Shown in pieces: positions 35,427-48,636 of a DNA stretch of 64,000 bases. The position numbers and the translations under genes are program-made. This stretch comes from Rhizodiscina lignyota (taxonomy: Eukaryota): positions 1,054,001 through 1,118,000 of the forward strand of contig ML978125.1 of NCBI GenBank assembly GCA_010015805.1. Direction: 5' to 3'. The notes beneath the pieces were generated by a model. The model was not told the origin of the DNA. It did not search any database and worked only from the letters and a program-made list of their open reading frames with translations. Positions within the stretch are counted from its first letter, which is position 1, and every line of letters begins with the position of its first letter.

Positions 35427-37162
35427 TCACTCTTCCATTGACTCCCATCCATCTTTGTCGTCTTCTTCTCCCTCTCCCTCTACCTCGGGACCTCCATCCT
35501 CTTCGGATTCACTGCTATCATCCGCAATACCCACCAGCCGCTCCTTGACTTCACTTGAAGGCTGCCCCAGCCTGTCGGCGAACGTTCGTCGGACAGCACC
35601 ATTGGTAGAAGTGTCCCAGATTTGCACTGAGCTTTTGCTTCCAGCTACAGCAAGGCGGAAAGACACCTCTGAATCAGGAGCGAATGTGGTCGAGAAAACT
35701 TTGCCCACGTCCAGGTTGCGTGAGACTACCATGGTCGGACCATTCTCTGCCACATTCCATAATTTCACTTGCTTGTCGGTGGAACCTGTGACAAAGAAAC
35801 CGGGAATGGTTGGGTTAATGTCGAATGACGATACAGCTTCGTCATGAGCCTGAAGAGACCAAACGGGCTTTGTCTTGGACGGATCGGATGGCGCCGCTCT
35901 GGCGTCGTGATAGTGGACCAGGCCGTTTTCTGTTGTAACCTGTGCCATATCGTTAGCGATTTCACATAATTGCTGTTAGCAGCACTTACATAGAAGCAGT
36001 TCACATCGTGGCGATCCCACCGCACACATTCAACATCACTCTCCACTCCCCATCTTGGCGCTTTTGTGCCAGGCGCTCGCATGTCAGATGCAACAATGGT
36101 TCGGTCGTAGCTACCGCTCAGCAGTACTGTAGACTCTTTCGAATGCCAGGACAGAGAGCAGACCTTGTCGGTGTGGTTCGAGTACGACTGGGCGCACTTC
36201 GTAGAATTCAGATCCCACAGCTTAACCGTCTTGTCTGCCGATGAGGATGCCAGGAGGTTGCGGTGCTGCCTGTTTGCTGCTAGAGATAGAACTGCATCAA
36301 CATGATAGGCGTCGTTCGCCTTTTTCGCCTTCTTTTTCTTCTTCTTGCGTGCTTTGTCTGTCGCGCCATCTTGGTCGGCACCTGGACCGAGGATCGCATT
36401 GGGGTACATGCAATCGACAGTGTCAAGATCCCACAACTCAATGTCCGGCTCCATAGTTCCGACTGCCACAAAATTTCCTTTTGAATTCGAGGCGGCGCCG
36501 GCTTTACCAACTGGAACGTCAAACCATTCGACAGCAAGTGGGATTGCTGGAAGCATGATATCGTGATGGACGTAGAGGTTGTCATCGTCGTCTTCGTAAA
36601 CGTAGACTTCCAAATGTGCGACCTCGTCCTCTATCTTCGCGGCCAGAAGTAAATTATCGGTTGGTAATATCTGAAGCTCTTCCCGCTCATCGTCGTCGTC
36701 GTCATTGTCTTGAAGTGTGATATAGGGATCATCCGCGTTGGACTCATGGTAAGCTAGGGACTTGACATTGCCGAACATTCCCATGGTCGTGCCCTCATCG
36801 CCGTCGCCGTCGCCGTCGTCATCGTCATAATGTTCGAGGTCGTACTCTTTCAGATCATCATCGATGTCGCTGCGAGGTGAAATCAGCAATTCACTCTGGA
36901 CGAGACACGGCATAACAACTCACCCATTTGATTGCACAGCAGGTAACTTCACTCCTCCACCATTACTCTTGCCCTCTTCTTGTTGGGAATGTGCACCTTC
37001 GCCCGCAGCTTCGGCTTCTTGGAGATCATCCTGCGCATCTTCTAGTTGCAGCTTTGCGAGCTTCGCGATGCGCGCATATTCCTCGTCATCGAAGACATAC
37101 TTCGTAGGAAATGCCGCTGCAAATCCTCGTGGGACCCAAGTCGTTGCAGTAATTGTTGACAT
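35427..37162 (-). CDS. PWP1: WD40 rRNA-processing protein Pwp1; exons 37162-36924, 36869-35990, 35939-35427
   Basis: MSTITATTWVPRG, DDDLKEYDLEHYDDD, LEVYVYE, NLYVHHDIMLP, GNFVAVGTM and WD repeats. Confidence 0.95.
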
Positions 37163-37551
37163 GTTCGGTTGTCGTGCAAAACCACGATTCCAGAATTTTT
37201 GGATGACGCACCGAACTTTTTCTATCGTTTAAATTTAGCGTGGTGTCCGTGCACGAGCACCCTCTTGCACCTCGCCGCCTACGTCTATAACAATTTTTGT
37301 TCCCCCGCTACAAAGTTACAACAACAACACAAACCGCCGACTGTTCGCGCCGCGGTGCTCTCCATTATCCTGTGGTTCGGTCGAGCTCAACCTCATACCT
37401 CGTTTCAAAGTCAGGAAGCTATGAATAATATTTCGGACCTATTTAATTAGATACTCTCACATATATACAGCTTTACTCCCCACCGTCCCGTGGTGGGAAG
37501 ACCACATCTTCTACGAAACATTTCCCTGGGAACTACGCTGGAACCGATATC

Positions 37552-40482
37552 ATGACTTCTCGCGGCCATACCCCCTCTTCGAAACGCGCCGCCAGCGATG
37601 ATGAGGAGCAAGAACTCAGACCACGCCTCATAGTCAGTGCGCGCAAGCGAAAGCGAGTCGACGTGTCCTCGAGAAAGCAGACCCCAGCTCCACACGAACG
37701 TCCTTTCGTGGGATCGGAACCGTACGGCGATAATGAGGATTCAAATTTCCTGGATCGCGACTGGTATGGGGGAGAGGAGAATGGACACACGTTTGGCGAT
37801 GAGACGCACAACCCATTCGGAAGTGGCACATGGATCGATGAACAGCGAGAAAAGGCAATGGCCGAGAAGAAGCTCAACACCCGCAAGAATGCTCGGCAAA
37901 TGCAGAGGAAGAAAGATGATGATGCGTGGGAAGCGAATCGAATGGTACAGTCTGGTGTGGCGCAACGTGCCAGCCTCGACTTTGACGAGCTGGATGATAT
38001 GGGCACGAGACAACATATTTTGGTGCACGAGCTGAAGCCGCCCTTCCTCGATGGGAGGACAATCTTTACGAAGCAGCTTGACCCAGTACCTGCAGTGCGG
38101 GATCCGCAGAGCGACATGGCCGTCTTCAGTCGGAAAGGAAGCAAGGTCGTGAAAGAAAGGCGACAGCAGCGGGAGAGGCAAAAGGCCGCAAAAGAAGCCA
38201 CAAATATGCAAGGCACAGCTCTGGGAAATATCATGGGCGTGAGAGACGAGGAAGGCGACAGCGCCATCCCCGCGCCTGGAGAAGAGGAGAGGAAAGGAGG
38301 CAGTAAATTCGCAGAGCATCTCAAGAAAAGCACCGGCCAGAGCGCATTTAGCAAGAGCAAGACTCTTCGCGAGCAACGCCAGTATCTCCCTGCTTTTGCA
38401 GTGCGTGAAGAGTTGTTGCGGGTGATAAGGGACAATCAGGTGACCATCGTTGTCGGACAGACTGGCTCCGGAAAGACCACACAGCTCACGCAATTCCTGT
38501 ACGAAGATGGCTACGGAAAGACTGGAAGGATTGGATGCACGCAACCTCGGCGTGTAGCCGCAATGAGCGTAGCGAAGCGCGTCAGCGAAGAGATGGAAGT
38601 GCCTTTGGGCGGCTTGGTTGGTTATGCCATTCGCTTTGAGGATTGCACCAGCGATGATACAGTCATCAAGTATATGACTGACGGTGTGCTTCTGCGAGAA
38701 TCTCTCAACGAGCCGGACCTGGACCGATACTCTTGCATTATCATGGATGAAGCTCACGAGCGAGCACTGAATACAGACGTTCTTATGGGCCTCATCAAGA
38801 AGGTTTTGGCAAGACGTCGGGATCTCAAGTTAATCGTAACGTCCGCGACGATGAACTCGGAACGCTTCTCCCGCTTCTATGGCGGTGCGCCAGAAATCAT
38901 CATACCTGGAAGAACTTTCCCCGTCGATATTCAATACTCTCGGTCACCTTGCGAGGATTACGTTGACTCTGCTGTTCAGCAAGCCTTATCTATCCACCTC
39001 TCCCAAGGCCAGGGAGATATCCTCATATTCATGACTGGGCAGGAGGACATCGAGACCACGTGCGAACTCATGCAGGACAGGCTGGACAAGCTGAACGATC
39101 CCCCAAAGCTCTTAATTCTCCCGATATACAGTCAAATGCCTGCAGATCTACAGGCCAGGATTTTCGACAAAGCTCCGCCTGGAGTGCGAAAAGTCGTTGT
39201 CGCCACTAACATTGCTGAAACGAGTTTGACAGTCGACGGCATCATGTATGTTGTGGACGCGGGCTTCTCAAAACTGAAGGTCTACAATCCAAAAATGGGC
39301 ATGGACACGCTTCAAATAACCCCAATTTCCCAAGCAAATGCTCAGCAGCGAGCAGGCCGAGCAGGCCGCACGGGACCAGGAAAAGCCTACCATCTGTACA
39401 CTGAACGAGCGTTCAGAGATGAGTTCTATATCCAAACTATACCTGAGATACAGAGGACGAATCTTGCGAATACGATCCTGTTGATCAAGTCCCTGGGTGT
39501 CAAAGATCTCTTGGACTTCGACTTCATGGACCCCCCGCCGCAAGATGTCATCGCTACCTCCCTTTTCGACCTTTGGGCTCTTGGGGCGCTCAATAACATT
39601 GGGGATCTAACGCCGCTCGGCAAAAAGATGACTTCGTTTCCCATGGATCCGTCTCTTGCGAAACTAGTTATCACCGCGGTGGAGTATAAATGCAGCGAGG
39701 AGATGCTCACCATCGTGTCTATGCTCTCTGTTCCGAGCGTGTTCTACAGACCGAAAGAGCGACAAGACGAGGCCGACTCCGCTCGAGAGAAGTTTTTCGT
39801 CCCCGAGTCCGATCATCTCACCCTTCTTAACGTCTACACCCAATGGAGACTGAATGGATTTTCGGACGGTTGGTGCGTGAGACATTTCCTCCATCCAAAG
39901 GCATTACGCAGGGCGAAAGAGATCCGAGACCAGTTAACGGACATTATGAAAATGCAAAAATTGGACATTGTGAGCTCTGGTACAGACTGGGACATCATTC
40001 GCCAATGCATCTGCTCGGGCTACTACCATCAAGCGGCAAAGGTCAAAGGCATCGGCGAGTACATCAATCTCCGGACGAGCGTCACCATGCAACTGCATCC
40101 GACGAGTGCGTTACATGGCTACGGCCATCTGCCGGACTACGTGATTTACCACGAACTCGTGCTCACGTCCAAGGAATACATGTCGTGCGTTACGGCCGTG
40201 GATCCGCACTGGCTGGCGGACCTGGGCGCTGTGTTCTACTCGCTTGTGGAGAAGGGGTTTTCTGCGCGAGAGAAGCGCTTCGTCGAGACGGAGTTCAACA
40301 AGCAGGCGGAGCTGGAGGCGAAGATGTTGGAGGACGAGGCGCAGGAGAAGGAAAGGATAGCAAATGAGGTTATCGGACCGAAGGTGGTGGTGAAGAAGCC
40401 CGTCAATGGGGCGGGACAGAAGATCACGACGCAAGGCGATGTTCGCAGGCCCGTGATCCCAAAGTTCCGTAGACGCTATTGA
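37552..40482 (+). CDS. PRP16: Pre-mRNA splicing DEAH-box helicase Prp16
   Basis: [46 protein letters not shown] and QRAGRAGRT in a 976-aa ORF; an extra upstream exon cannot be excluded. Confidence 0.96.
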   Translation: MTSRGHTPSSKRAASDDEEQELRPRLIVSARKRKRVDVSSRKQTPAPHERPFVGSEPYGDNEDSNFLDRDWYGGEENGHTFGDETHNPFGSGTWIDEQREKAMAEKKLNTRKNARQMQRKKDDDAWEANRMVQSGVAQRASLDFDELDDMGTRQHILVHELKPPFLDGRTIFTKQLDPVPAVRDPQSDMAVFSRKGSKVVKERRQQRERQKAAKEATNMQGTALGNIMGVRDEEGDSAIPAPGEEERKGGSKFAEHLKKSTGQSAFSKSKTLREQRQYLPAFAVREELLRVIRDNQVTIVVGQTGSGKTTQLTQFLYEDGYGKTGRIGCTQPRRVAAMSVAKRVSEEMEVPLGGLVGYAIRFEDCTSDDTVIKYMTDGVLLRESLNEPDLDRYSCIIMDEAHERALNTDVLMGLIKKVLARRRDLKLIVTSATMNSERFSRFYGGAPEIIIPGRTFPVDIQYSRSPCEDYVDSAVQQALSIHLSQGQGDILIFMTGQEDIETTCELMQDRLDKLNDPPKLLILPIYSQMPADLQARIFDKAPPGVRKVVVATNIAETSLTVDGIMYVVDAGFSKLKVYNPKMGMDTLQITPISQANAQQRAGRAGRTGPGKAYHLYTERAFRDEFYIQTIPEIQRTNLANTILLIKSLGVKDLLDFDFMDPPPQDVIATSLFDLWALGALNNIGDLTPLGKKMTSFPMDPSLAKLVITAVEYKCSEEMLTIVSMLSVPSVFYRPKERQDEADSAREKFFVPESDHLTLLNVYTQWRLNGFSDGWCVRHFLHPKALRRAKEIRDQLTDIMKMQKLDIVSSGTDWDIIRQCICSGYYHQAAKVKGIGEYINLRTSVTMQLHPTSALHGYGHLPDYVIYHELVLTSKEYMSCVTAVDPHWLADLGAVFYSLVEKGFSAREKRFVETEFNKQAELEAKMLEDEAQEKERIANEVIGPKVVVKKPVNGAGQKITTQGDVRRPVIPKFRRRY

Positions 40483-40713
40483 GCGGGAGAGCGTGGTCGT
40501 TCGAAGGAGAAGTGTTGATGGGGATGGTGGAGTTGCCGGGGGGTGCCAGTCCTACAGTTAAGATGCTAACAATGCAAGGAAGCATTCGTGGCTCAATCAC
40601 TCCTGAATACCGAAATTACTGTAGTAAATGGAAATTAGCTTATCAGCCTAGAATATTGTGCGTACCGATAAGCCAGTTTATCGTTAACTGTGAGACTTGC
40701 AGTGGCGCCCCAT

Positions 40714-40884
40714 TTCCGCGACAACGAGAAGTAAGTCTTCTAAGACAAGCCTAGCAAGCTACTCCCTGACAACCTCGAATGTAAACTCATTAATATTCAG
40801 AAGCTTCTTAGAAGTGCTGAAGGCAATTGTAGCAGAGTCGCTCTGTAAACTGTTCGCTTGTGGGAAACTGGCTCCTTCGTACGC
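40714..40884. repeat. Dispersed copy of the 5031-5666 repeat, same orientation
   Basis: TTCCGCGACAACGAGAAG..TCTTCTAAG..GCCTAGCAAGCTACTCCCTGAC..CAGAAGCTTCTTAGAAGTGCTGAAGG..CTCTGTAAACTGTTCGCT..GCTCCTTC aligns with the array units. Confidence 0.9.
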
Positions 40885-43106
40885 AGAACAAATTTGTTAG
40901 TCCCTGCACGTGTTTTTAACCTACATTTAAACAACGTGTGTAACACGAACGCATATATTTCTTTTGCATTCAACTAATCTTAACTAATCTTATGCGTAAT
41001 AAGGCAACTGTGTATGCGAGTTTCTAGACAATCTGGGCGGCTAGCGTTGCTTAGTAAGTCTTTAGAAGAGGCCGCCCAGTGCCAGCGTCGTGGGGGTGCG
41101 GTGCCCATTTGAACAACTGCCAATCTTCCTCCGCCTGCAAGATGTCTTCCATCGCCCCAGCATCAACGCGGCCCCAACTGCATCACGGAAATCCTTCAGA
41201 ACGACCGAGCGATATTCTGCGGCCGATTCCAAAAGTTCTTGTACTTCGCTTCTCCCGACCGGGGACCAGAGAACCGCACTATCCCTAAAGATTTCTCACC
41301 TCCGCATCCGACAACGATTGAGATCTCTTTCCTGCTCTACCTCTATCCTGCCATCGAATTCCGTCCAGCTGAGTATTATTACGGACAACGTTCTAGCAAA
41401 GACTCTCGAGGAGACAACCTGACAATCAAGCCGTCAACTGAGAAAGTAAACAGGCGGTCTCACGGACTGGTTGTCGGTATAGCGATATTTTGCACACGGT
41501 CGCGAAATCTGCTACATGTTCTACTGTAGCCCAAAGGTCCTCCCGACTCCTGAGCGATTAAAATTGCGATACCTCGACAAATCCCATCGTCCTACGATGA
41601 TGTACTGCACCCTTCCGATACCTGCGATATCTAAGAACGAAGACGGACCGACTGACACTGAGTGGCCGTGTCAGCGTGAGCACATATGCAGCCTCGATCA
41701 CACACCTCCAGTACATCGAACTACACTCTTCAGGTCTGGCACTGCATTCGTTGCGCTTCAGATCATTGCGACACATAATTTCGAGCGGTCTGATCCAGCG
41801 GATGAAATCCACATATATCAAGCCTCATAGAGAGGGAATAAGCAGTGGCCGTACTGTGCGGAGTGGTATGTGTGCATGGAATACTCCATCGTGCGTCAAC
41901 TTCGTAGTAGCTGTTGGTGAGCATGATCTTTTTGGCTTTCCGAACTTTTCGTCTTGACCTTCGCAGTACTGGACTTGTCTCCGTTGCCTTTCATATCTTC
42001 ATTCTTATGATAATTTCAATTACTTTCGTTCTCTCCCTAGCCTCTGTCTTATTCCAGCACTTGAGCAAAAAGGGCGACCGTCAGAAGGTCCATGCTCAAG
42101 TAGCCGTAAGAGAATGGGAAACCTGATTGAGAGGATGGAATATGCGGGTCTCAAAGCAAGGTAAGCATTCTGGTAACGTCAAATGCTACTCAGTTAACAT
42201 GTTTGGTAGAGCTGTGAATGATTGTTGGAGTAGCTTTTCGAACTCCTCATCTTAAGCTTGGCTCCATCAGCTTCGCTCGCAGAGACCATGGATCGTCTTG
42301 TCTGACGCAGTCTTGAAAAGAGCTTGGAAGAAACGGGAGAGTTTGCGACTGTCAGACTACCATGAGATCACGCATCAGCATGTGCCTATTTTGTTGTAGG
42401 TTCCCTGTCGTACGACCGACCGTGCTAGCTGTTCCGTTAGGTTAAGCTCTATGTACGTATCGATGAGAGCAAGTCACTGCATTCGAAGAAATGGCTTCTG
42501 TATTGGAGATCTTCCTCTTCACTTCTTGGATCAGAGCTCGTGGTCCACGAGACCCGGCCGACAGGGAGCGTGCTTGCGTTTGGCTTCTGAGGGTGGGGCG
42601 GTCGGCGACTGTGTTGCCAGCACTTGGCGAGGGCGCATCGCTCCCGATCGATCCCACAGGCACCGGCATCAGCACCACGACTTTTTCTGCCTCTTAAATA
42701 TTCCTTTAATGTGTCGCAGTGGTTAGTCACACTCAGAAGAAGCTTCGCAGCATTTATCTGCATTATAAGCAACGTCGTTCACGCTTGGTGGTCGTCGCCG
42801 TGTCTGCATGATCTCACATCTCTCTGTTTTCTGACGCTCGGACCACCTCATCCACGGCTAGGTATATTTCTTCGCTGCGCTTCGTTCCTTTCCTCTTCTT
42901 CTCCACCAAACTCCTCTCCTCGACCAACGCAACACGTCAGTAGGCCCTCATTTCATCAACGCCATCAACTCAAGCATCACTCACCCCCATCATCCATCGC
43001 TTGCAACTCTCTTACACCTCTTCTAGCTCATATCTCGGCAAAACGCGTCTGTCACACGCTCCTGCACGCCACCGAAGCCCACTCAACACCCATCACCACC
43101 TTAACA

Positions 43107-45204
43107 ATGGCTGAACAAGCGACCGATCAGCCTCCTGTGGTTCCCCCAGCAGCAGAGACTGCCGTGGAGGTCGCCGATACGACCTCTGGTGACGCGCCGG
43201 CGGCTGACCCTGCTGTCGCGGCACCGCCCACGGCCGATGACGCGCCGAGCAAGGCAGAAGGTGAGCCGCGTTGTTTGCGTGTCGCTTCTTTAACACTCCC
43301 TGACTCACATTGCCTCTTATAGAGCCCGCTACCACCACTGTTGACACTGACAAACCGACCGCGCCCACCACGGCCGACGACGACCCCGCTACAACTGAAG
43401 ACAAGACCATGGCGGATGTGAATGGCGATAAGGGTATGTGGCAGCGATCTCTCGTCAATCGCAGAAAGAAATGTTGACATTCGGCTTCTAGCTGAACCCG
43501 CGGCTGAGGACGCGCCTGCTGCCGATGGCACGCCAGGCACCGGCAAGAAGGACAACAAGCGACGCAAGTCTTCTGCAGTCCTACCAGAGCACAAGAACAA
43601 GTCTCTGAAGAAGAAGCAATCCAAGAGCGTGCTTCATCTCAATGTCGAGCCTGGCCAGTTCTGGTTCGTTCGGATGAAGGGCTATCCTCCTTGGCCAGCG
43701 GTCATTTGCGACGAGGAGATGCTTCCTACTGTTCTTCTCCAAAATCGCCCTGTTAGCGCTATGCGCACCGACGGCAGCTATCGAGAGGATTTCCTTGAGG
43801 ATGGAAAGAATGCTCGCGACCGACGCTACCCAGTCATGTTCCTTGGCACGAACGAGTTGTAAGTTTTCCCTTCAATTTCGAATTCAAATGTGCAGCATAA
43901 CCTTTGCATAGATAGTTACTCTAATGACCGAAACAGCAATTGGGTCGTCAACACTGACCTGGAGCCTCTTGACATGGATGAGATCAAGGCCGAAGTTTCC
44001 AAGGAGACTCGAGGCAAGAAGACCATTGCGCTCTGGGAGGCGTATCACGTTGCCGCAGAGGAGCATACCCTCGATGAGTTCAAGGAAATGCTAAGGGACC
44101 ATGAGAAGCGCGTCGCAGTTGAAGCTGAAGAGAAGGCTGCGAAGGAGGCGAAGAAGGCTGAGAAGGCCGAGAAGGCTGCTGCCGAGAAGGAGAAGAAGAC
44201 TCCCAAGAAACCGGCAGCCAAAGACGAGGATGGCGACGAAACCATGGGTGGAACCGAAGGGAAGAAGAAGTCGACTCAGAAGAAGGAGGGTAAGAAGCGC
44301 AAGGCGAGCGAAGATCTTGAAGACGAGGTACCATCCGTGAGTTTTTACCCAAGCAATACCCAGTGTTCTTGCCTGCAGTCGTTTTCTGATATTGTTTGTA
44401 CGATAAGGGTCCCAAGAGGCTTAAAATTAACAACAAGGACGCGGACTTGGCTAACCAGGAGAAGAAGAAGGAAGCGAAGCCTAGAAAGAAGCCCACTAAG
44501 CCAACCAAGGATGATGAGCCTTTGATTCCCGCTGAACCTGTGGTCTCCGAGAAAGAAAAACAGGAGAAGAAGGAGAAGCACGGTAAGTCATGACAAGGTG
44601 AGACTCATGACATATATATCTGATGTATACAGTCCTCTACCTGCGCCATCGCCTGCAAAAGGGCTTCTTGTCGCGCGACCAAGCGCCCAAGGAAGAGGAG
44701 ATGGACTCCATGAACGACTACTTCAACCAGCTGGAGGCTTGCTTGGACCTTGAGGTGCATATCATTCGTGCGACCAAGATCAACAAAGTTCTCAAGGCAA
44801 TCCTCAAGCTCGACACAATCCCCAAGGACGACGAGTACAAGTTCAAGGACCGCTCCAACGTCATGCTCAACAACTGGAATAAGGTGCTCGCCGCCACTGG
44901 CGCAGCTGATGGTGACGCAGCCGCCGAGACTCCCACAACCACTGAGGCCCCCAAGCCCTTGATGAACGGTGCTAGCCATGACGAGGAGAAGAGTGAGGAG
45001 CCCAAGGATGCTGCCATGTCTGAGCCGGCAGAGGGACCACAGGAAACTACGGAACTTGGCAACGGTGCGGTTGATGAGGCTGATGCTGATGTCTCTATGA
45101 CCGATGCGAAGGCGACTGAAGCTGAAGCTCCACCAGCTGCATCAGCTGCAAAGGAGGAGGACAAGCCTGTAGCAGTCGCCGAGGAGGAATCTGCTACTGC
45201 TTGA
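43107..45204 (+). CDS. PWWP-domain chromatin protein with C-terminal TFIIS-N/LEDGF-like domain; multi-exon (43107-43260, 43323-43433, 43492-43858, 43937-~44327, ~44408-44582, ~44633-45204)
   Basis: FVRMKGYPPWPAVICDEEML, YPVMFLGTNE, VLYLRHRLQKGFL and IIRATKINKVLKAILKL; 3' exon boundaries approximate. Confidence 0.9.
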
Positions 45205-45781
45205 GGCTTTAGCTTATCTTGGCAGTCACCCCAAGTCTCAATTGATGAGCACTGAGCGCTTGATGGAACGTTTCTATGGTAAAGGCGTCTGAGCGATTGG
45301 CGGAAGTTGCAGCAGCCTGGGAGATGTTCCATCCCATTTTCTTTCATTTCTGCACTTGGCTCCAAAAATTGATGAGCACGAGCCTTTTCACTACTGCTTG
45401 ACTGGTCAAGGGAGGTTTCACACAAAGTATAGTCTAATTCAGGCAGACGAGGCTTTGTTTTCATGCACACGGCGAAGACACGAGGTAGCAAAATGGTTAT
45501 GAAGACCTTCCTGGTCTGTTTCAGCTTAGTCTGTCAAAATGTGACAGACGTTCGTTTCTCTGATTGCCCCCTCCCCCAAAAACGCCCAAAACACCAAAAT
45601 AAAAACAACCAAAAAAGAAAACGCCAACAAACAGGCCCAAAGAGAAAACCGCACCCAAAGAAAACCGCAACAACAAGCAAATCCCAAGTCCACCCGGACG
45701 CGGCCGGGCCTCACCACCGCCTCGAACACCTTGATCAACCCCGCCCCGCCTTGGGCCCCCCCTTCCTCCTCCGCTCTTCCC

Positions 45782-46911
45782 TTAGATCTTTTCGACCCTC
45801 ACCGCCATGCCCAGGGCCTGGGCCTTGGTCGTCGCCAAGGCCACGACACCGTCGCCCGGCCGATCGCGATCCTCCTTGTACTCGATGACCAGAGTCACCG
45901 AGGTGCGGGGAGCATCCTGGCGGAAGCCCCCTAGGGCAGCCTCCGCCAGTTGCGTGCGCTTGTCAGCGCGCACCCTCAGCCTCTTTGGGACGCTTTGGTC
46001 CTGGAGGATGCGATCGGCGTGGACGAACAGGTGCAGGCCCTCGGCAGGGACGATGAGGTCGAGGGTGGCCAGGGTCGGGATGCCGCGCTCCTTCTTCTGG
46101 GCCTGGATGCCGTTGATGATACGGCCGGGCTTCGATAGTGCGATGAGTGCGTTGATGAACGCACCCAGCAGGCGATCCTCCGGTGGAGACACGATGGGCA
46201 CCAGCCCTCTCTGCGCCAAGGCGACTTCAAGGCAGGCAGCGACGTAGTTCGACCGGGAGACGTTGCCCTGCCACATTGGGAGGGACACCTGGATCTTGCG
46301 GAGGTGGCCTATCTTCGTCATGCCGATCGTGTGGAGGAACATCTCCAACACGATGAATGCGTCCTTGCCGGCGAAACGGAAGGTGTTGATGTTGTAGAAG
46401 GTTTGGATGGCCTCCGTCCTGTCCTCGCGCAGAATCAGAGCCGGCTGCAGGAGGGGCGCGGCTACTGGGCAGACGCACTGGTACATGCCAGTCTCTCTGC
46501 CCTGCCTAACGCGCTCGATCGCCTTGTTCATGCTGTTCTTGCCGGGGTCGGCGACGAGATCGTGGTAGTTGTAAGTCTCTGGGTAACCAGGATGGAACCG
46601 GTAGATGCCGAACATGAGGCTGTCGTCGGCACGCATTGCGTGGCCGTAGATGCTGGTGCGTAGTTCTTGTGGCAGACTCTGGAAGCAACGAGGCTGATGT
46701 AACATTTAGTACGTCCATTAAGAAGGGAAGCAATGGTGTTTACCTGTGCTGGGGTGCTGCCCTGCGATGGGGTGTTGACCGGCGCGGCGGTCGTGCTGCC
46801 CTGTGATGGAGTGTTGACCGGCGCGGTGGTCGTGCTGCCTTGGGATGGGGTGTAGATCTGAGGTGTGCTGCTGCTGCTAGCACTTGCTGCATTTACTCCT
46901 TGGTCCGACAT
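45782..46911 (-). CDS. Hypothetical protein with F-box-like start of the core domain; exons 46911-46744 and 46693-45782
   Basis: Phase-0 GTAAAC..CTAAA..CAG intron joins a Thr/Ser repeat exon to PRCFQSLPQELRTSIY...EAIQTFYNINTFRF. Confidence 0.75.
46747..46852 (-). repeat. 39-bp coding tandem repeat (TPSQGSTT(T/A)APVN, about 2.6 copies)
   Basis: Visible in the translation of 46528-46911 and in the DNA (GTGCTGCCYTGNGATGG recurs every 39 bp). Confidence 0.85.
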
Positions 46912-48179
46912 GATGTTTGATGATTGAACGAAGAGTTTGGTGTTCTAGGCAGTGTGTAGAGAGGAAAGAAGCTGCTGAGCGAGAAGTCTTGGTGGAGACA
47001 GTTGTTCGCGGCCGATGTTGTTTGAAGGATGGAGAAAAGTTGAGATCGGAAGATATTTTATAGGCGCAGGCGGGATTGCTGTGACAATATGTCTTGGCGC
47101 GCCACCATTGTTGTTTAGATCGCTTGAGGCCGCTTGCAACCTGATGTAGCCGAATATCGCTCGGGCAAAATATGGTGGCAGGCGCGTCCCGAGACTCCCA
47201 ACGATGGCCTCGCAACGATGGGGTGCACTCATCTGCCCCTATTCAATCAGACCAGCCCACTACTCACAGCTCTTAACATGATATTGTCAAAGATATCAGA
47301 TCCGGCCATAAAGCATTATGGCGTAGTCCCAAGCGGGTGGCGTATGGACTCCGCGGCAGTCAAGTGGACAATCGGGCCAACCGAACGACTACCCAAGTCT
47401 ATGTCATCCAGGAGATATTGAGCATTCGGGGGCGAATCAATTCCTTAATCGAATCACGCTGCTATTGCTCTTGCCCCATGGGTATGGCCCGGCCCAGATC
47501 TCCCGGCCTTCGAGTGCATTGATCTTCGCAGGCAGTCTCTCTTCACTTCGCCCTCATGATTTCAGACATACGCAGGCCTCCTTGCATACTATCTAGGGTC
47601 AGCCTTCATCTTCGGAATGGCATAGGCAATTGAAGCTTACAATCTTGTGCCAGAGACATCCGGCAGATTCGATATCACGAGAGCGGCAGTGATATTTGAA
47701 ATAGAATCGTGCCGTTGGTCAAGTTAGATTAACCTCGACACAATGCCTCCAATATTACTCGCACACGAGCCTCCGATCATTATATACCTGCCTGTACACA
47801 TTCCGACCGAGACTCCCGTACGTTTGCAAATTGATATCAATCCTTATGTCCACTCGACGGTCACACATCGCATCGCAGAGAGAGACCGACGGAGAACCAC
47901 GCCGAAAGCGCGGATGATACTGGTGGAGTAGAGCTTAGCTATTGTACATGCCCCGTCTTACGCTTTTGGTTCAAAGAGAAAATCTATCCCATAATCGCTC
48001 GATGGGGATCTGACTTTCATAGCAACGAGAGCCACCAACCTGCTTCGACTCTGGAGAAGCTCGGCCATAGAGAGCAGAGTATGCTTGTACAAACGCCAGG
48101 CCATGCATTCCGCTCATAAATAGCACCGTATAACTCCATCGCTTTTGATATGCCAAAACTAGTCCTTCCTGTCTCTTCG

Positions 48180-48468
48180 TCATGACTCCGCATCAATCTT
48201 TGCCCACGCCGCCTCGGCCTTTGCGCGCTTGACCTTCGCTTCTTCCCTATTTTTCCTCGTCCTCTCTAGTCTTTCACCACGGAGACACATGTTGACAGCG
48301 AGTTTGGCATTGTTGCAGCCCCCGGTGCAGCGGTAAAGGAAGCCTCGAGCATGGCATTCTTCGAGGGCTTGCATGACCTCGTCGCAGCCTAGGGACGATT
48401 AGCAACAGAAAGCAACGCCAATTCACAGCCGTACCTTTATTGTCTTTAGTGTGTAGATGCGGATGCAT
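48180..48468 (-). CDS. CMC2: Twin CX9C COX assembly mitochondrial protein (Cmc2-like); exons 48468-48435 and 48388-48180
   Basis: MHPHLH...CDEVMQALEECH...GGCNNAKLAVNMCL; twin CX9C spacing. Confidence 0.88.
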
Positions 48469-48636
48469 TTTGAGGGCTTTCGTGTGACAATTGGCTTCCA
48501 GATCGCGTGTCGTCGACCGAGTGAAGTCAAAGCTGACTTAGTCCGCATTCGCCCATTGAGCTTGGCGCTGTGGCGTTCCCAAAACGATTCCTTAGGTCAC
48601 CCCAGACCACTCCACAAACTTAAAATCAACACGTCC

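Noticed and set aside
41079..42780. Short ORFs and an intron-like GTAAGC..TTAAC..TAG (42161-42209) between PRP16 and the PWWP gene
   Set aside because: No coherent spliced ORF or known motif could be assembled; may be a decayed gene or lncRNA but unsupported.
45575..45690. A/C-rich low-complexity tract
   Set aside because: Consistent with a GU-rich 3' UTR/termination region of the minus-strand gene; no periodic unit.
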